Shown in pieces: positions 55,701 through 64,000 of a DNA stretch of 64,000 nt (positions are counted from its first letter, which is position 1; each line of letters opens with the position of its first letter). The position numbers were made by a program, and so were the translations under genes. Source of the DNA: Antedon mediterranea (taxonomy: Eukaryota > Animalia > Echinodermata); contig NC_092678.1 of assembly GCF_964355755.1 (NCBI RefSeq), positions 23,639,365 to 23,703,364 on the forward strand. The letters are read 5' to 3'. The notes beneath the pieces are model-generated. The model was given only the letters and a program-made list of their open reading frames with translations. It was not told the origin of the DNA and did not search any database.

Positions 55701-58700
55701 TTGCATCACATTATAAATCTAGGATTACTATACTATTACTATAATGCTCAGGGTTTAAGTATTAGGAATCATGTCAAATTGTGTTTTCAGTTACTGCAGT
55801 AATTTTTTGTTTACTGCAATACAATGATTTTAGTTTTCTCGAATGTATGTATTGTATTTGTTGATAACTGTTGAAAACAAAATAAAAGACGAGATTGAAA
55901 CTACACAAACAAGTCATTAATTTAAGTAAATTAATAATATTACAAGTTTCTGTTTTCTATACGATATGGTTTCGTAAAGTCATGCTAGAATCATGATTTA
56001 GTTAAAAAAAAAAATGTCCAGGCATTTAAATATGAAGTACATTTAGCATGTGAATTTTTAAATAATTTAACATACTTCAAATTAAAGTTGAATGCTACCA
56101 CTTATTACGAATGCATAGTGCTGCTGAGTATGCCAGGTTTCCGAATGATTAACTCTTTATGTTTCATTCCCTATTGATCGGTTAACTACATCAACAGATA
56201 CAGTATGTATGGAAGGCTCAACTCTTAATTTCTTTTTTATATACTGTAGTAGCTGACTGGGCTTATTATTATTACTAGTTGGATGAAGATGATGGACACC
56301 AAACCATATTGCTAGCCACAAACAAAAATGTTTTCAGTTTTGTATGCAAGTACATTAATAAATATTGTAATAAGCATTAGGTTTTATGTTTTGAGCTTAG
56401 ATAGAATGCAAGCATACAGGTACTCTTATACTTTTAACCAAGCATTATTTTAAACAGGTTTTAAAAAAACTGTTGAGCTTGGTACGCAAGAAATATTATA
56501 CTTCAATCAAGCATTTATTTTATGTTTTAAGGTTGGTAGGTATGTAACATTCCTAAATGTTACATTTAATATAGTATTATAACATTTTAATGTTTTATTC
56601 TTGATACTGTATATGCTGCTGCAGTAACTGAGTTATTATTAAACTGTACATGTTTATTCAATCGAACATTAGAACATGTGTGTTTTGAGTTTGGTATGCC
56701 ATACTTAAGTTGTCTTAAGCATAACATATTTATGGCCATTATCATCATTATGCATCCTATTTTTAAATAAGCTATTTGACCATGAGATATGATGATGTAT
56801 TCTGCCAATGAAAAAATGCTAATTGTCATTAAAATAGGAAACTACTGTACACAGTAAAGTCTGGACTATGCAGTAATTAAACAATCATATTGAAAATAGA
56901 AATTAAGCAAAAGAAAATAATTAAACTACAATGGAGCAGTTGTCATCAAGAAATGTTGCTAACGAGGGCTACATTAATTAGCTCTTATATCATTACATTT
57001 TGTATTGGATATTATAATAGTAAAAATAATTCTTTAATTTGTTATTATCCCAACATTTTAATGGAACCATTTGTTTTTTAATATTGAAATTTACCCTGTA
57101 CTGTATAAACATAAAAGTAGTCTAGGATTTAATACTAAATTGACTTGCCTATATTCTGTAAAATCATGGAGTAACAACATAAGTTGCTCCATGCTGAAAT
57201 TAAAGTCGATGTACAAGAGGAAAACAGTGATGATAACATAGACTAAAGACTGTGCTACATGATCAATTCAATTATTAATCGGCCTACTTCAAAATTATAT
57301 GGCAGCCTCTCGTAAGCCTCAAGGTCATGTATCATGTGATAAGAATGGAATCTTCCAAGTGAACTTAGGAATGTGTCTTTATTTAATCAATTTCAATCAG
57401 GCTACATCAAAATGATGGCATGCAGTGATTTGTGTGTTGTATGATGTATGTACAGTAAAAGTATAGTACACCACCCACTGTATGTTGGTATCATCTGTCA
57501 TGTCACAAACATAGAAATCTTATTAAAATGTATTTATTTATTTTTTACTGCCATAGGAATCAGGATACAGTGGAAATATTATCATTGGAGATATACAGTT
57601 ATCTCATAATACATTATTCCAATCGATTAATAATGTCAATCCTATAAATTCCCTTTTTTATATAGAAATAAAATAATTAAATATCTTTTCCAATATAAAA
57701 TTCCCCAGGTGATCTAGTGTGTTAAAATTAAGAAAAAAATTGCAAATTTTGACTCGGCCAAACAGCCATAAGTAAAACTAAAGCAATTCCTGGAAGATTT
57801 AAGAAGGAATTTTCTGTTAAAAGTTTGACATATTATTCAATCTGAAGAAATAAGATTTCTCAGAATGTGTTGAAGTCAAATAAAGTAGATTTTCAAATAG
57901 TATTGATGTGTGATGAGACTGATTAAACATTGATTTAGTGAGGTCTGATTTTGCACAATAATTACATTACTAATAGAAGCTCAAATTAAATATGATCATC
58001 GCCATGGAAGCTGAGTAACCACTCAGGGTCAATTTCATCTCCTTGACATCATCTCTCATTAGACTAATCATAATTAGATACAAATTTAATCTGTTGGTTA
58101 AAACATGATAACAATTTAATAAAGAATTCCATACGTGTTTATTGGCTTTAAAAAAAATTATTAATTCTCTAAATAAAAATTTTGGAAATTCAAATGATTT
58201 TTCTTCTTCTTTCTTTTTTATTTTGAATATTTGTTTATGAAACGGTATGAATGCTGCATTCAATTCAGATGACTGCATTGATAATGTATGTACCATGTTA
58301 TATTCATTGACAAATATTACTTTCATTAAATGACAACGAAAGCATAATATATATTTTTTTATCGACTATTTTCCTGACTTTAAATTGAATTACCAACACT
58401 AGAAAAACAGAATACAGAGTGAAACTGCCTTATAAATGACTAGTGTAGTAGTGTTTTGGTCTCCACCACACAAATCACATGGGATGAAATAAGACCTAAC
58501 AATCAGGTGACAAAACCATATCAAGCTTGAAATTGAATGGTTTTTGTAATTAAAATAATGCACAATTGATGATGTAACCTCAGCAAAATGAACAATACAG
58601 TAGTTTTTTATTTCATAGTGGTTTAGGATCATGGCAGTGATGAATTTTCTTTGTATGAGTAATAATTAATAATAGGAAGAATATCATTAATTAAAAATAC

Positions 58701-59878
58701 ATATAATGTACTATAATTAAAGGAATTACAGAACCACTATGCAAAACAGCTATTATGACTAGAGATCAGTTGTTATGGCAATGTCTTTTTTTTTTTTATT
58801 CTTTATATCAAACCAACAGTGTAAAACACCAATAACAGGTTGAAAATAAAACTAAACTATAAAATATGAGCCAATATAAATATATACAAATGAAAAAGAA
58901 AATTTAAATAATTTCATTTTGTATTAGTGTATTCATGGAGTATTGTTGTTTATGTATTGAATTAGAACAATAAATGTACTATACTATAATTAAAGAACCA
59001 CTATGCATGCAAACCAGCTTTTCAGATTACACTTCAGATGTTGTATGGCAATGTTTTTTTGTATTTTAGTTAATACTATTGTTGTTTATGTATTAAATTA
59101 GAACAATAAATAATAAACAAACAGATAAACAATATTAAGAACAATAGACGAATAAAAACAAAATACTACAAACCTGCTTCTCATCGACAGAGGTGCAACA
59201 TTGTTCCTTAAGCGTAACAAGTTTATTACTTTCGTCTTTACGCAACGCCCTCTCTTTTTTCAATTCCGGACTCCAAAATGTCTTAATACTGTTCATACTA
59301 GAACTTAATTTAGCTTCTTTAGTCTCTAAATCTTGTTTGAGGATACCATTTTCACGCTGCATCTCTCGCAACTGCGCTTGCAGATCCAACAACATTGAAT
59401 CGCGCACTTGCCGCAGCTCTTCTCCCGGAGGATAAAACGCCATGTTGGTTGGAATTTCCTGACCCTGTTCAATTATTGGCGAAACAAATCCTTGACTCGA
59501 ACCAAAACTACTTGAGCGACTATTTGACGGAGAGTTTTTAGGGGACATAGAATTTGAACGACCACTCGAGTTTGGAGATGCTCGACCACCTCCTATTAAA
59601 TTACTAGGCACGGCACTCACTATTCCTTCCGCAATATACACAGGTCCAGCATTATAAGCAGCATTTAAAGATTGAATATTTTCCATAGGCAAAGATGAAC
59701 CTAAATCTGTTCTATGCACTTGGCTTCTTGATGTGCGTGGAGGAGAAGGAGATGATGAAGATGATGCTCCTCCACCGCCGGAAGCAGAAACTGAATTTAC
59801 CTGATGTTGTGCCTCACTGACACCAGCCAACGATTGCTTTACTTTCGAGTTTCTAGGCGAGTGCCGTGGACTATGCAT
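19678..59878 (-). CDS. ERC1: ELKS/Rab6-interacting/CAST family protein (ERC1/ERC2 orthologue), spliced, ~996 aa from 15 core exons
   Basis: Core exons, all GT-AG and phase-compatible: 59174-59878, 53117-53506, 51437-51553, 50190-50345, 49047-49214, 48468-48635, 45378-45656, 43363-43503, 40687-40865, 39492-39627, 39022-39153, 36973-37133, 33424-33568, 21595-21681, 19678-19704 (sum 2991 nt). Family motifs: SSMNSIKTFWSPELKKERALRK, LRKTLEEMEIRIDTQKQTL..RDESIKKLLEMLQSKG, AEVDRLL, RIEELEEALKESV, QEAL.AAI.EKD, C-terminal DDEEGVWA*. Confidence 0.96.
21595..21681 (-). CDS. ERC1: ERC coding exon 14
   Basis: TQRCVKRLHSLNESENLIAQDLKSLSPEQ (compare vertebrate TQNRMKL...PSPDQ); CCAG| and |GTTTGT flanks. 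Confidence 0.85.
22087..22233 (+). mobile_element. MITE family A copy
   Basis: Core aaactttatgtgac...catatatggacatgatgatgtcatatcactaccatatttgggca...tagtttgatagtgtaaacaga. Confidence 0.85.
24454..24614 (+). mobile_element. MITE family A copy
   Basis: TIRs aggtctgtctacactatcaaact / agtttgatagtgtatacagagct; preceded by TAA. Confidence 0.88.
29097..30332. repeat. ~69-bp tandem repeat, ~18 copies, inside an ERC intron
   Basis: gattaatgttattattggtacctatagctgaatgggtataactagatgcatgtacgcaataatgaagta; period 67-70. Confidence 0.97.
31480..31660 (+). mobile_element. LINE (L2/CR1-type) 3' tail remnant
   Basis: Hairpin gggagta.ggaacct...aggttcc...tactccc followed by aataaa and (taa)n. Confidence 0.45.
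32335..32710. repeat. Degenerate (attgattgaaa)-type simple repeat
   Basis: Directly visible; produces the low-complexity ORF 32322..32888. Confidence 0.9.
33424..33568 (-). CDS. ERC1: ERC coding exon 13
   Basis: QEALSAAIAEKDTNMAFLEM...EKEALVKQLKEE. Confidence 0.93.
34555..34690 (+). mobile_element. MITE family A copy (degenerate)
   Basis: agctctgtctatcaaactttatgtga...gcccatatatggacatga...agagct. Confidence 0.8.
34897..34972. mobile_element. MITE family A, minimal internally deleted copy (76 bp)
   Basis: TAA|agctctgtctacactatcaa...ttgatagtgtagacagagct|TTA. Confidence 0.85.
35380..35740. repeat. Degenerate (tgtgttcatt)-type simple repeat
   Basis: Directly visible; gives Phe/Cys-rich pseudo-ORFs. 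Confidence 0.85.
36973..37133 (-). CDS. ERC1: ERC coding exon 12
   Basis: VDGYIKELEKSRKQL...LMSERKKQVKEIMDI(K); phase-2 donor GTAAGT. Confidence 0.92.
37271..37617 (+). mobile_element. tRNA-derived SINE, near full length, with poly-A tail
   Basis: A box TGGCCGAGCGG (head partly duplicated), B box GGTTCGAGGC, body tcggataaggactataaaccg, terminal aat(A)n. Confidence 0.85.
38837..38925 (+). mobile_element. MITE family A internal fragment
   Basis: ctttatgtgacaaaaaatgtgatgtgcccatatatggacatgatga. Confidence 0.8.
39022..39153 (-). CDS. ERC1: ERC coding exon 11 (44 codons)
   Basis: QLMRHKEDRIEELEEALKESVHITADREIMIEQQQYNIRHLEKQ. Confidence 0.93.
39251..39411. mobile_element. MITE family C (TIR caaggccgtaga, 5-bp ATTAA flanks)
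   Basis: ATTAA|caaggccgtaga...tctacggccttg|ATTAA. Confidence 0.75.
39492..39627 (-). CDS. ERC1: ERC coding exon 10
   Basis: QLKDLNRKFNAMKREQQMQRKKNAQLLEAANKREGELTSDSQELQ. Confidence 0.93.
40511..40528 (-). CDS. ERC1: ERC candidate 12/15/18-nt microexon with tandem acceptors
   Basis: cttcttctcatacaaag|cag|cag|TGAATCCTCAGG|gtgagt; all three acceptors keep phase 2. Confidence 0.6.
40687..40865 (-). CDS. ERC1: ERC coding exon 9
   Basis: IKSSRDHDD...KTKAEVDRLLTVIKDLESEKNGKDVRISELD; phase-2 donor GTAAGT. Confidence 0.93.
41762..41782 (-). CDS. ERC1: ERC candidate 21-nt microexon (KLRRLHR)
   Basis: ttccaaatcag|AAA TTG CGT AGA CTT CAC CGG|gtaagt; consensus donor, phase 0/0. Confidence 0.55.
42676..42696 (-). 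CDS. ERC1: ERC candidate 21-nt microexon (LEGTLQV)
   Basis: cttttacactag|CTG GAG GGG ACA TTA CAA GTG|gtaaga; phase 0/0, inside a phase-0 intron. Confidence 0.55.
43363..43503 (-). CDS. ERC1: ERC coding exon 8
   Basis: ANLMDMKEHASTMVSTSLKKESKITTLEINLAQK...ELEK; polypyrimidine-TAG acceptor. Confidence 0.93.
44189..44452 (+). mobile_element. MITE family A copy with a nested ~100-bp insertion; a second fragment follows at ~44485-44536
   Basis: TAA|agctctgtctaca...gtagacaaggct|TTA; the core is interrupted at ~44273-44375. Confidence 0.82.
45378..45656 (-). CDS. ERC1: ERC coding exon 7
   Basis: IDNLTEQLSEKE...QADQTSTDSAVTSLEEALAEKERMIARLK...; TTTCAG| and |GTAAGT flanks. Confidence 0.95.
45826..45945. 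mobile_element. MITE family B (palindromic)
   Basis: TIRs cttggttcctactag / ctagtgcgaaaccaag; internal inverted aattgaccaatcacagg / cctgtgattggtcaaatt. Confidence 0.75.
47066..47128 (-). CDS. ERC1: ERC candidate cassette exon (63 nt, LADYTNALELKDGKLEFLQIK)
   Basis: TAG| acceptor, AAG|GTGACC donor, phase 0/0, open frame; resembles the end of exon 6. Confidence 0.65.
48468..48635 (-). CDS. ERC1: ERC coding exon 6
   Basis: IEALRGRLEEKES...ELREMVDIKDRKANVLQRK; TAG| and |GTTAGT flanks. Confidence 0.93.
48730..48948. mobile_element. MITE family B, degenerate copy
   Basis: Starts agcttggttcccactagga; internal ttgaccaa...ttggtcaa. Confidence 0.5.
49047..49214 (-). CDS. ERC1: ERC coding exon 5
   Basis: VDKMKVEMTKKDSEIQGLQTRLDTL...HIQLLKESLSAKEQR..MQAD; donor GTAAGT. 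Confidence 0.93.
50190..50345 (-). CDS. ERC1: ERC coding exon 4
   Basis: DNKIAILEQRLRDQEEEI...HFKIK; CAG| and |GTAATT flanks. Confidence 0.93.
51437..51553 (-). CDS. ERC1: ERC coding exon 3
   Basis: DLRRNTN...ALKAVVEMK (compare vertebrate ALQTVIEMK); donor AAG|GTACAG. An in-frame upstream acceptor would start the exon at 51592. Confidence 0.85.
52933..53083 (+). mobile_element. MITE family A copy with TAA target-site duplication
   Basis: TAA|agctctgtctaca...tataaacagagct|TAA. Confidence 0.88.
53117..53506 (-). CDS. ERC1: ERC coding exon 2
   Basis: QLSRSIQQLQEEL...ERQSKELFLLRKTLEEMEIRI...SSLND; flanked by AG and GTAAGT. Confidence 0.95.
53775..54107 (+). mobile_element. 5'-truncated non-LTR retrotransposon (end of RT ORF plus 3' UTR)
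   Basis: RRLLLFGQPRFVSARSLFVENNIPSFYEYLR..YRF resembles the post-RT C-terminus of L2/CR1-group LINEs; ends with aataaa and a (ttgaat)-like tail. Confidence 0.65.
55208..55479. repeat. Tandem duplication of ~145 bp
   Basis: atattttctaatctaactt...ttgttgttataggggtgtagaagta occurs twice (55208, 55353). Confidence 0.85.
59174..59878 (-). CDS. ERC1: ERC coding exon 1 (Ser-rich N-terminus and start of coiled coil)
   Basis: ORF 59135..59878 contains MENIQSLNAAY and SIKTFWSPELKKERALRKDE; donor CAG|GTTTGT at 59173. Confidence 0.95.
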
Positions 59879-60280
59879 TTGTGGATATTAATATACTCAA
59901 TCAAACAGACTTATTTGCAAGACAATAGATAATCACTATTACTTTGTAATCTATTTATGCTTGTCTTTCATTGTTAAAAGACCTGTCTGTTACCTGAAGC
60001 AGAAAACCGTGAAATTTATCGACGAAAAGGACCTCATAAGCCAATCCCTGAAAAATGGACGGTGATGATGGCCTTATTTTCCAGACGGTAAACAAATACC
60101 CACGTGTTGGCTGTCAAACGTCTACACAACTTTTGATTGGCTACCGGAATCGAGAAGTTGATAGTAAATGTAGAGGGCGGAATTTTTAAATTTAAAAAAC
60201 AACGAGGTAAACAAAACTTCAAGCTCAACAAAAAAGAGTATTTTAAACATTGTTTGAATGATGTTGATTCATTATAATCG
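59879..60280. promoter_or_regulatory. Compact bidirectional promoter and 5' UTR region shared by ERC and RAD52
   Basis: 402 bp between divergent ATGs. CCAAT at 60041 and ATTGG at 60136, E-box CACGTG at 60101, GGCGG-N4-TTTAAA (CDE/CHR-like) at 60176-60190, TTTGAA at 60253. Confidence 0.75.
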
Positions 60281-63200
60281 ATGAATAAAATGAATATATC
60301 AAATCCAATAATATTTGGCCAGGTTCGTACTATGATGACTAAATAGGCACGCCACTAAATATTCTATTAAAAATGTAGGCCTATTATAGGCCTGTCTAGG
60401 CTAGCCAGGCCCAATCAATATACAATAATGAACGGCGTTGTTACGTACGTACGGACGGGAGTGGGTGTGGCCTACTGAACTAACTACGTACTGGCTACTG
60501 CCCAGGTAGGCCTAAGCCTAGATTTACATCTATCAATACTTTGGTTACTTTCCACCAAAATAAATATTTTAAAAAATAAGAAAACTGAATTATGTTTTAA
60601 ATTAGACATTCAGACATAGGCCTAGGCCCTACATTTATTTTATACTTATAGACAAGTTTTAGTGAAGATGAGCACAGGGCCATCCAGTCTGCACTTTCAC
60701 AGAAACTTGGACCCGAATTTATAAGTCAAAGATCTGGCGCAGGTGGCCAAAAGGTAACTATACTAATGTACCATTACTAATAATAATATTAACATATCAG
60801 ACAAAGTTTATTAAAATAGTTTTCATTTGTTTTTAAATCATCCAAAGAAATAAATTAATGTTTTTTTTCAATTTCAGCTAGCTTATATTGAAGGTTGGAG
60901 AATTGTGTCATTGGCCAATGAGACGTTTGGTTTCAATGGATGGTCACACTCCATCACAAGTCAAAACATTGGTAATGAATTTTAAATGTTATTTTTACTA
61001 TCCATTACTGCAACAATACCATTTTATTTCTTTTATAATTTGCTCTAAGTTTGTTTCATTACAATATTTGCATTTTTTTATGAGTAGATTTTGTAGACCA
61101 ATTCAACAACAAGTTTTATGTTGGAGTGACTGCAGTCATTCGTGTTCAATTAAAGGTTAGTACTGAATATACTTTCAAATGTACAGTACTACTAACTGTA
61201 TATATTCATTAACACGCTTCATCATTAGACATAGTGCGTTCTACTATTTTGTGCCATTTATTCCTGTCATGGGCCGGGTGTGTCTCAAGTATGCCAGTGT
61301 AATTTAATATTGTCAATAACATAATACAAATGTTACAGTGAAGTTAAAGGTACAAAAAAATGTTGATAAAATGTATACTGAATCAATGCAACACTGTTAT
61401 ACAGGATGGTGTCTACCATGAGGATGTTGGGTATGGCGTAAGCGAGGGGATGAGGTCAAAAGCTCTATCAATTGAGAAAGCTCGTAAAGAGGCAGTTACT
61501 GATGGCATCAAACGAGCGCTAAAGTAAGAAACATCATTAATGTCATTAGCCACATGGTTTATAATGAGAACATGAATTACTTCAAAAAAATTGCTTTTTT
61601 TAAGTGCTTTACTAAATACAGTAATGTACTGTAACCAAATGGAGAATGCTGATGCTTTATAACATTAAAAAGAAATTACATCATTTTATGTTCCTACCTG
61701 TAGGAGCATAATGTTTTAGTATACATTTAGAAAAATGTTTAATGTACATAAAAAATAAACATATTATAAATAAGTACTTTAATGCATGAAAATAAGATAA
61801 GACATACTTTAAATCACAATGTTACACAATATACATTTGATATGTTTATTGAAACCATTTTCTTTCACTTTTTTAACTTTATAGAAGTTTTGGACACAGT
61901 TTAGGGAATTGTCTTGGCGATCGAAACTACTTAAAATGTATAGGAAAAGCTCCTAAACCAGTAAGTCAATTATCAGTAAAAATGTTATATATAATTTTCT
62001 TGACTTAATTTTATATTTTACAAACATTTTTGTTCTACCTTTTTAGGTTTCAGAAACTTATGATGTTGATGATATGAAGAGAACTGAGAAAGACCCTAAC
62101 GTTTCTGAAGCTAGATACAATAACATGAGGAAATGTTTACAAAGACGCACTTCAACGGACACAATGCCGCCACCTACAACGCCGGTCCTAGCTACCTCAA
62201 AACTCAGCAATCACGTAGTTAAAATTACCGAACAAAAAATAGATGTACCGCCTAAAAGTACTGATATTTCAAAAGTTTCCGGAAGTGGAGATTTAGAAAG
62301 TAAAAGAAAAAACAGTGTAGTTGAATGTGGAGCCAAAGTGATCACACCTAAGTTAGCACCAAGCACTGCTAATAGACAAACATCTGGTGCTGAAAGAAAA
62401 CCAAATATATCACTACCAAATAGTGTGGATGTCGTGCAGAACAGTGTAAATAGCAGCTCTATTGTAGATACTGGTAAAGTGACCAACAGAACAATGCCAA
62501 TACAACAGAACGAAAGATCAACTTCTCCAATACCATCAGAAAAGTAGGTTTTGACAGGAAACAAATCACTAATCCTATTTTCATATGACATAGCAAGTCA
62601 AAGTTATCTACCCACAGTAGAAAGCCAATCAAGGTTTTGTCTATTTTTTTTTTAGTGTACCACCCTGTGGAGACAAAGACTTGTTACAGAGGAAGCTAAG
62701 ACAGCAACAGAAGCAGCAAGAGTTCAGAGACAAATTGAAACAAAAGCAAAATGGAGATGAAGTGAAGTCTCCGTTACTCCCTTTGGAAAATATGTCACCA
62801 GTCGCAACGTCCACACCGATGCAAACAGAGAAGGTTGTCGATGGTGGGTTTACAGTTGAAGAACTTTTACTTGCAGAAGGTATTCCTTGTCTTTCTTAAG
62901 CTCTGTTTACACTATCAAACTAGTGCGATGTGCCCAAATATGGGAGTGATATGCTTAAATATGGTAGTGATATGACATCATCATGTCCATATATGGGCAG
63001 ATCACATTTTTTGTCACATAAAGTTTGATAGTGTAGACTGCTCAACTGCTCACTACACTGATAAATATTTACGTTATTTCTAAAAGAAAAAATTGTATTT
63101 TTAGATGACCCAGAATTCTGGATAGCGTCGCAGGCATGCCGTGATGCCATGGAAGACTCGAATACTGTAGAAATGAAAAGTAATATTAATGGGGGACAAC

Positions 63201-63400
63201 AAGGACAATATTCCAGACGCTCTAATTTTAACTGGAATCAAAGTAGTCGAGAAGGATCAAGGTTACAAAGTAGTAAGTCAATCACTCTACAATGCTCTAA
63301 TTGTTTTTATCTTCTTTTGAGAATTTTTACTTAATAAATTTTTATTTTTTTCATAGATTACCCAACAAAAAGACGGAGAACTGATGACAAAATTAGCTGA
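60281..63400 (+). CDS. RAD52: DNA repair protein RAD52 homolog, spliced, 10 exons, 477 aa
   Basis: Exons 60281-60322, 60652-60753, 60878-60971, 61088-61155, 61405-61523, 61885-61960, 62047-62543, 62656-62879, 63105-63272, 63357-63400 (1434 nt, all GT-AG). Motifs: [90 protein letters not shown]-binding-like [14 protein letters not shown]-terminal basic KRRR. In-frame TAA just upstream of the ATG. Confidence 0.97.
62899..63040 (-). mobile_element. MITE family A copy (reverse orientation) in RAD52 intron 8
   Basis: TTA|agctctgtttacactatcaaactag...tgtcacataaagtttgatagtgtagac. Confidence 0.88.
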
Positions 63401-63887
63401 TAGTTCCATGTATTTCAATATTCTTTGATACTAAAGAATTTCTTAACCATTGTATCCAATTTTTTTTTAATAATTTGGGAAAAATCTATAATTTAAATTC
63501 AATGTTAAAATGTACATAATTATACTGGTATACTTTAACTTAGTACTTCATTATGTAGTGTGTGGTAATTTTTATATAATTTAAAATAATGAGATAAACA
63601 AATGTTTATTTAGCAATATATGTTTAATATAAAAGTACATTACAATTTATGATCAACTAATATTTTTTGGTAAATAAATAAACTTGAAACTTAATAGTAC
63701 TTATATTCACTGTTTGTAAAAGTAAAATCACATGTGATGTTACCCTTTATATTTTATGTTCTAGCAGTATTTTTAATTATCGATGTTGGTATTTAAACAA
63801 AAGCATTTTTTATTTAAATTTAAGTCTGACCAACTGACTAACATAATTAGGTTTAAAAAGTTTAGAATGTTGGTGGGTGGATGGAAT

Positions 63888-63974
63888 TCATGTCACTTCC
63901 TTTGTTGCAATTCTTGACACTATAGAGTCAACTAAAGAACTACATTGTAACTCTTCTTCTTGGATCTTGTAAAT
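63888..63974 (-). CDS. TPRKB: Last coding exon of TP53RK-binding protein (CGI-121, KEOPS subunit); rest of gene lies beyond the window
   Basis: tttatttattgcag|IYKIQEEELQCSSLVDSIVSRIATKEVT*, similar to the human TPRKB C-terminus as I recall it ([28 protein letters not shown]). Confidence 0.82.
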   Translation of the reverse strand: MYKIQEEELQCSSLVDSIVSRIATKEVT

Positions 63975-64000
63975 CTGCAATAAATAAAAGTCAAAAGACA

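Noticed and set aside
53157-62591. Antisense ORFs over ERC and RAD52 exons (53157..53489, 59193..59435, 62211..62591)
   Set aside because: Shadow frames of real coding exons.

Overview
AT-rich animal genomic DNA, probably a marine invertebrate (echinoderm-like is only an impression). It holds three spliced protein-coding genes, reconstructed by hand from GT-AG boundaries. (1) ERC/ELKS/CAST active-zone scaffold on the minus strand: ATG at 59878, stop at 19678, 15 core exons, about 996 aa, ending DDEEGVWA*. It also has several candidate frame-preserving micro/cassette exons and candidate alternative 3' ends. (2) RAD52 on the plus strand: 60281-63400, 10 exons, 477 aa, head-to-head with ERC across only about 400 bp, the same pairing as human ERC1-RAD52. 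(3) The last exon of TPRKB/CGI-121 on the minus strand (63888-63974), convergent with RAD52. The first 10 kb is non-coding and composite: a 51-bp higher-order satellite, hairpins, paired tRNA-like heads, a 12-copy array of ~158-bp tRNA-like Pol III promoter units, a 21-bp minisatellite, a 166-bp palindrome and a Helentron/HINE-like terminus. Introns hold MITE families, SINE and LINE remnants and more minisatellites. Most short ORFs in the supplied track are repeat artefacts. The best candidates for something undescribed are the Pol III promoter array in the composite element and the heptad-sized microexon set in ERC.
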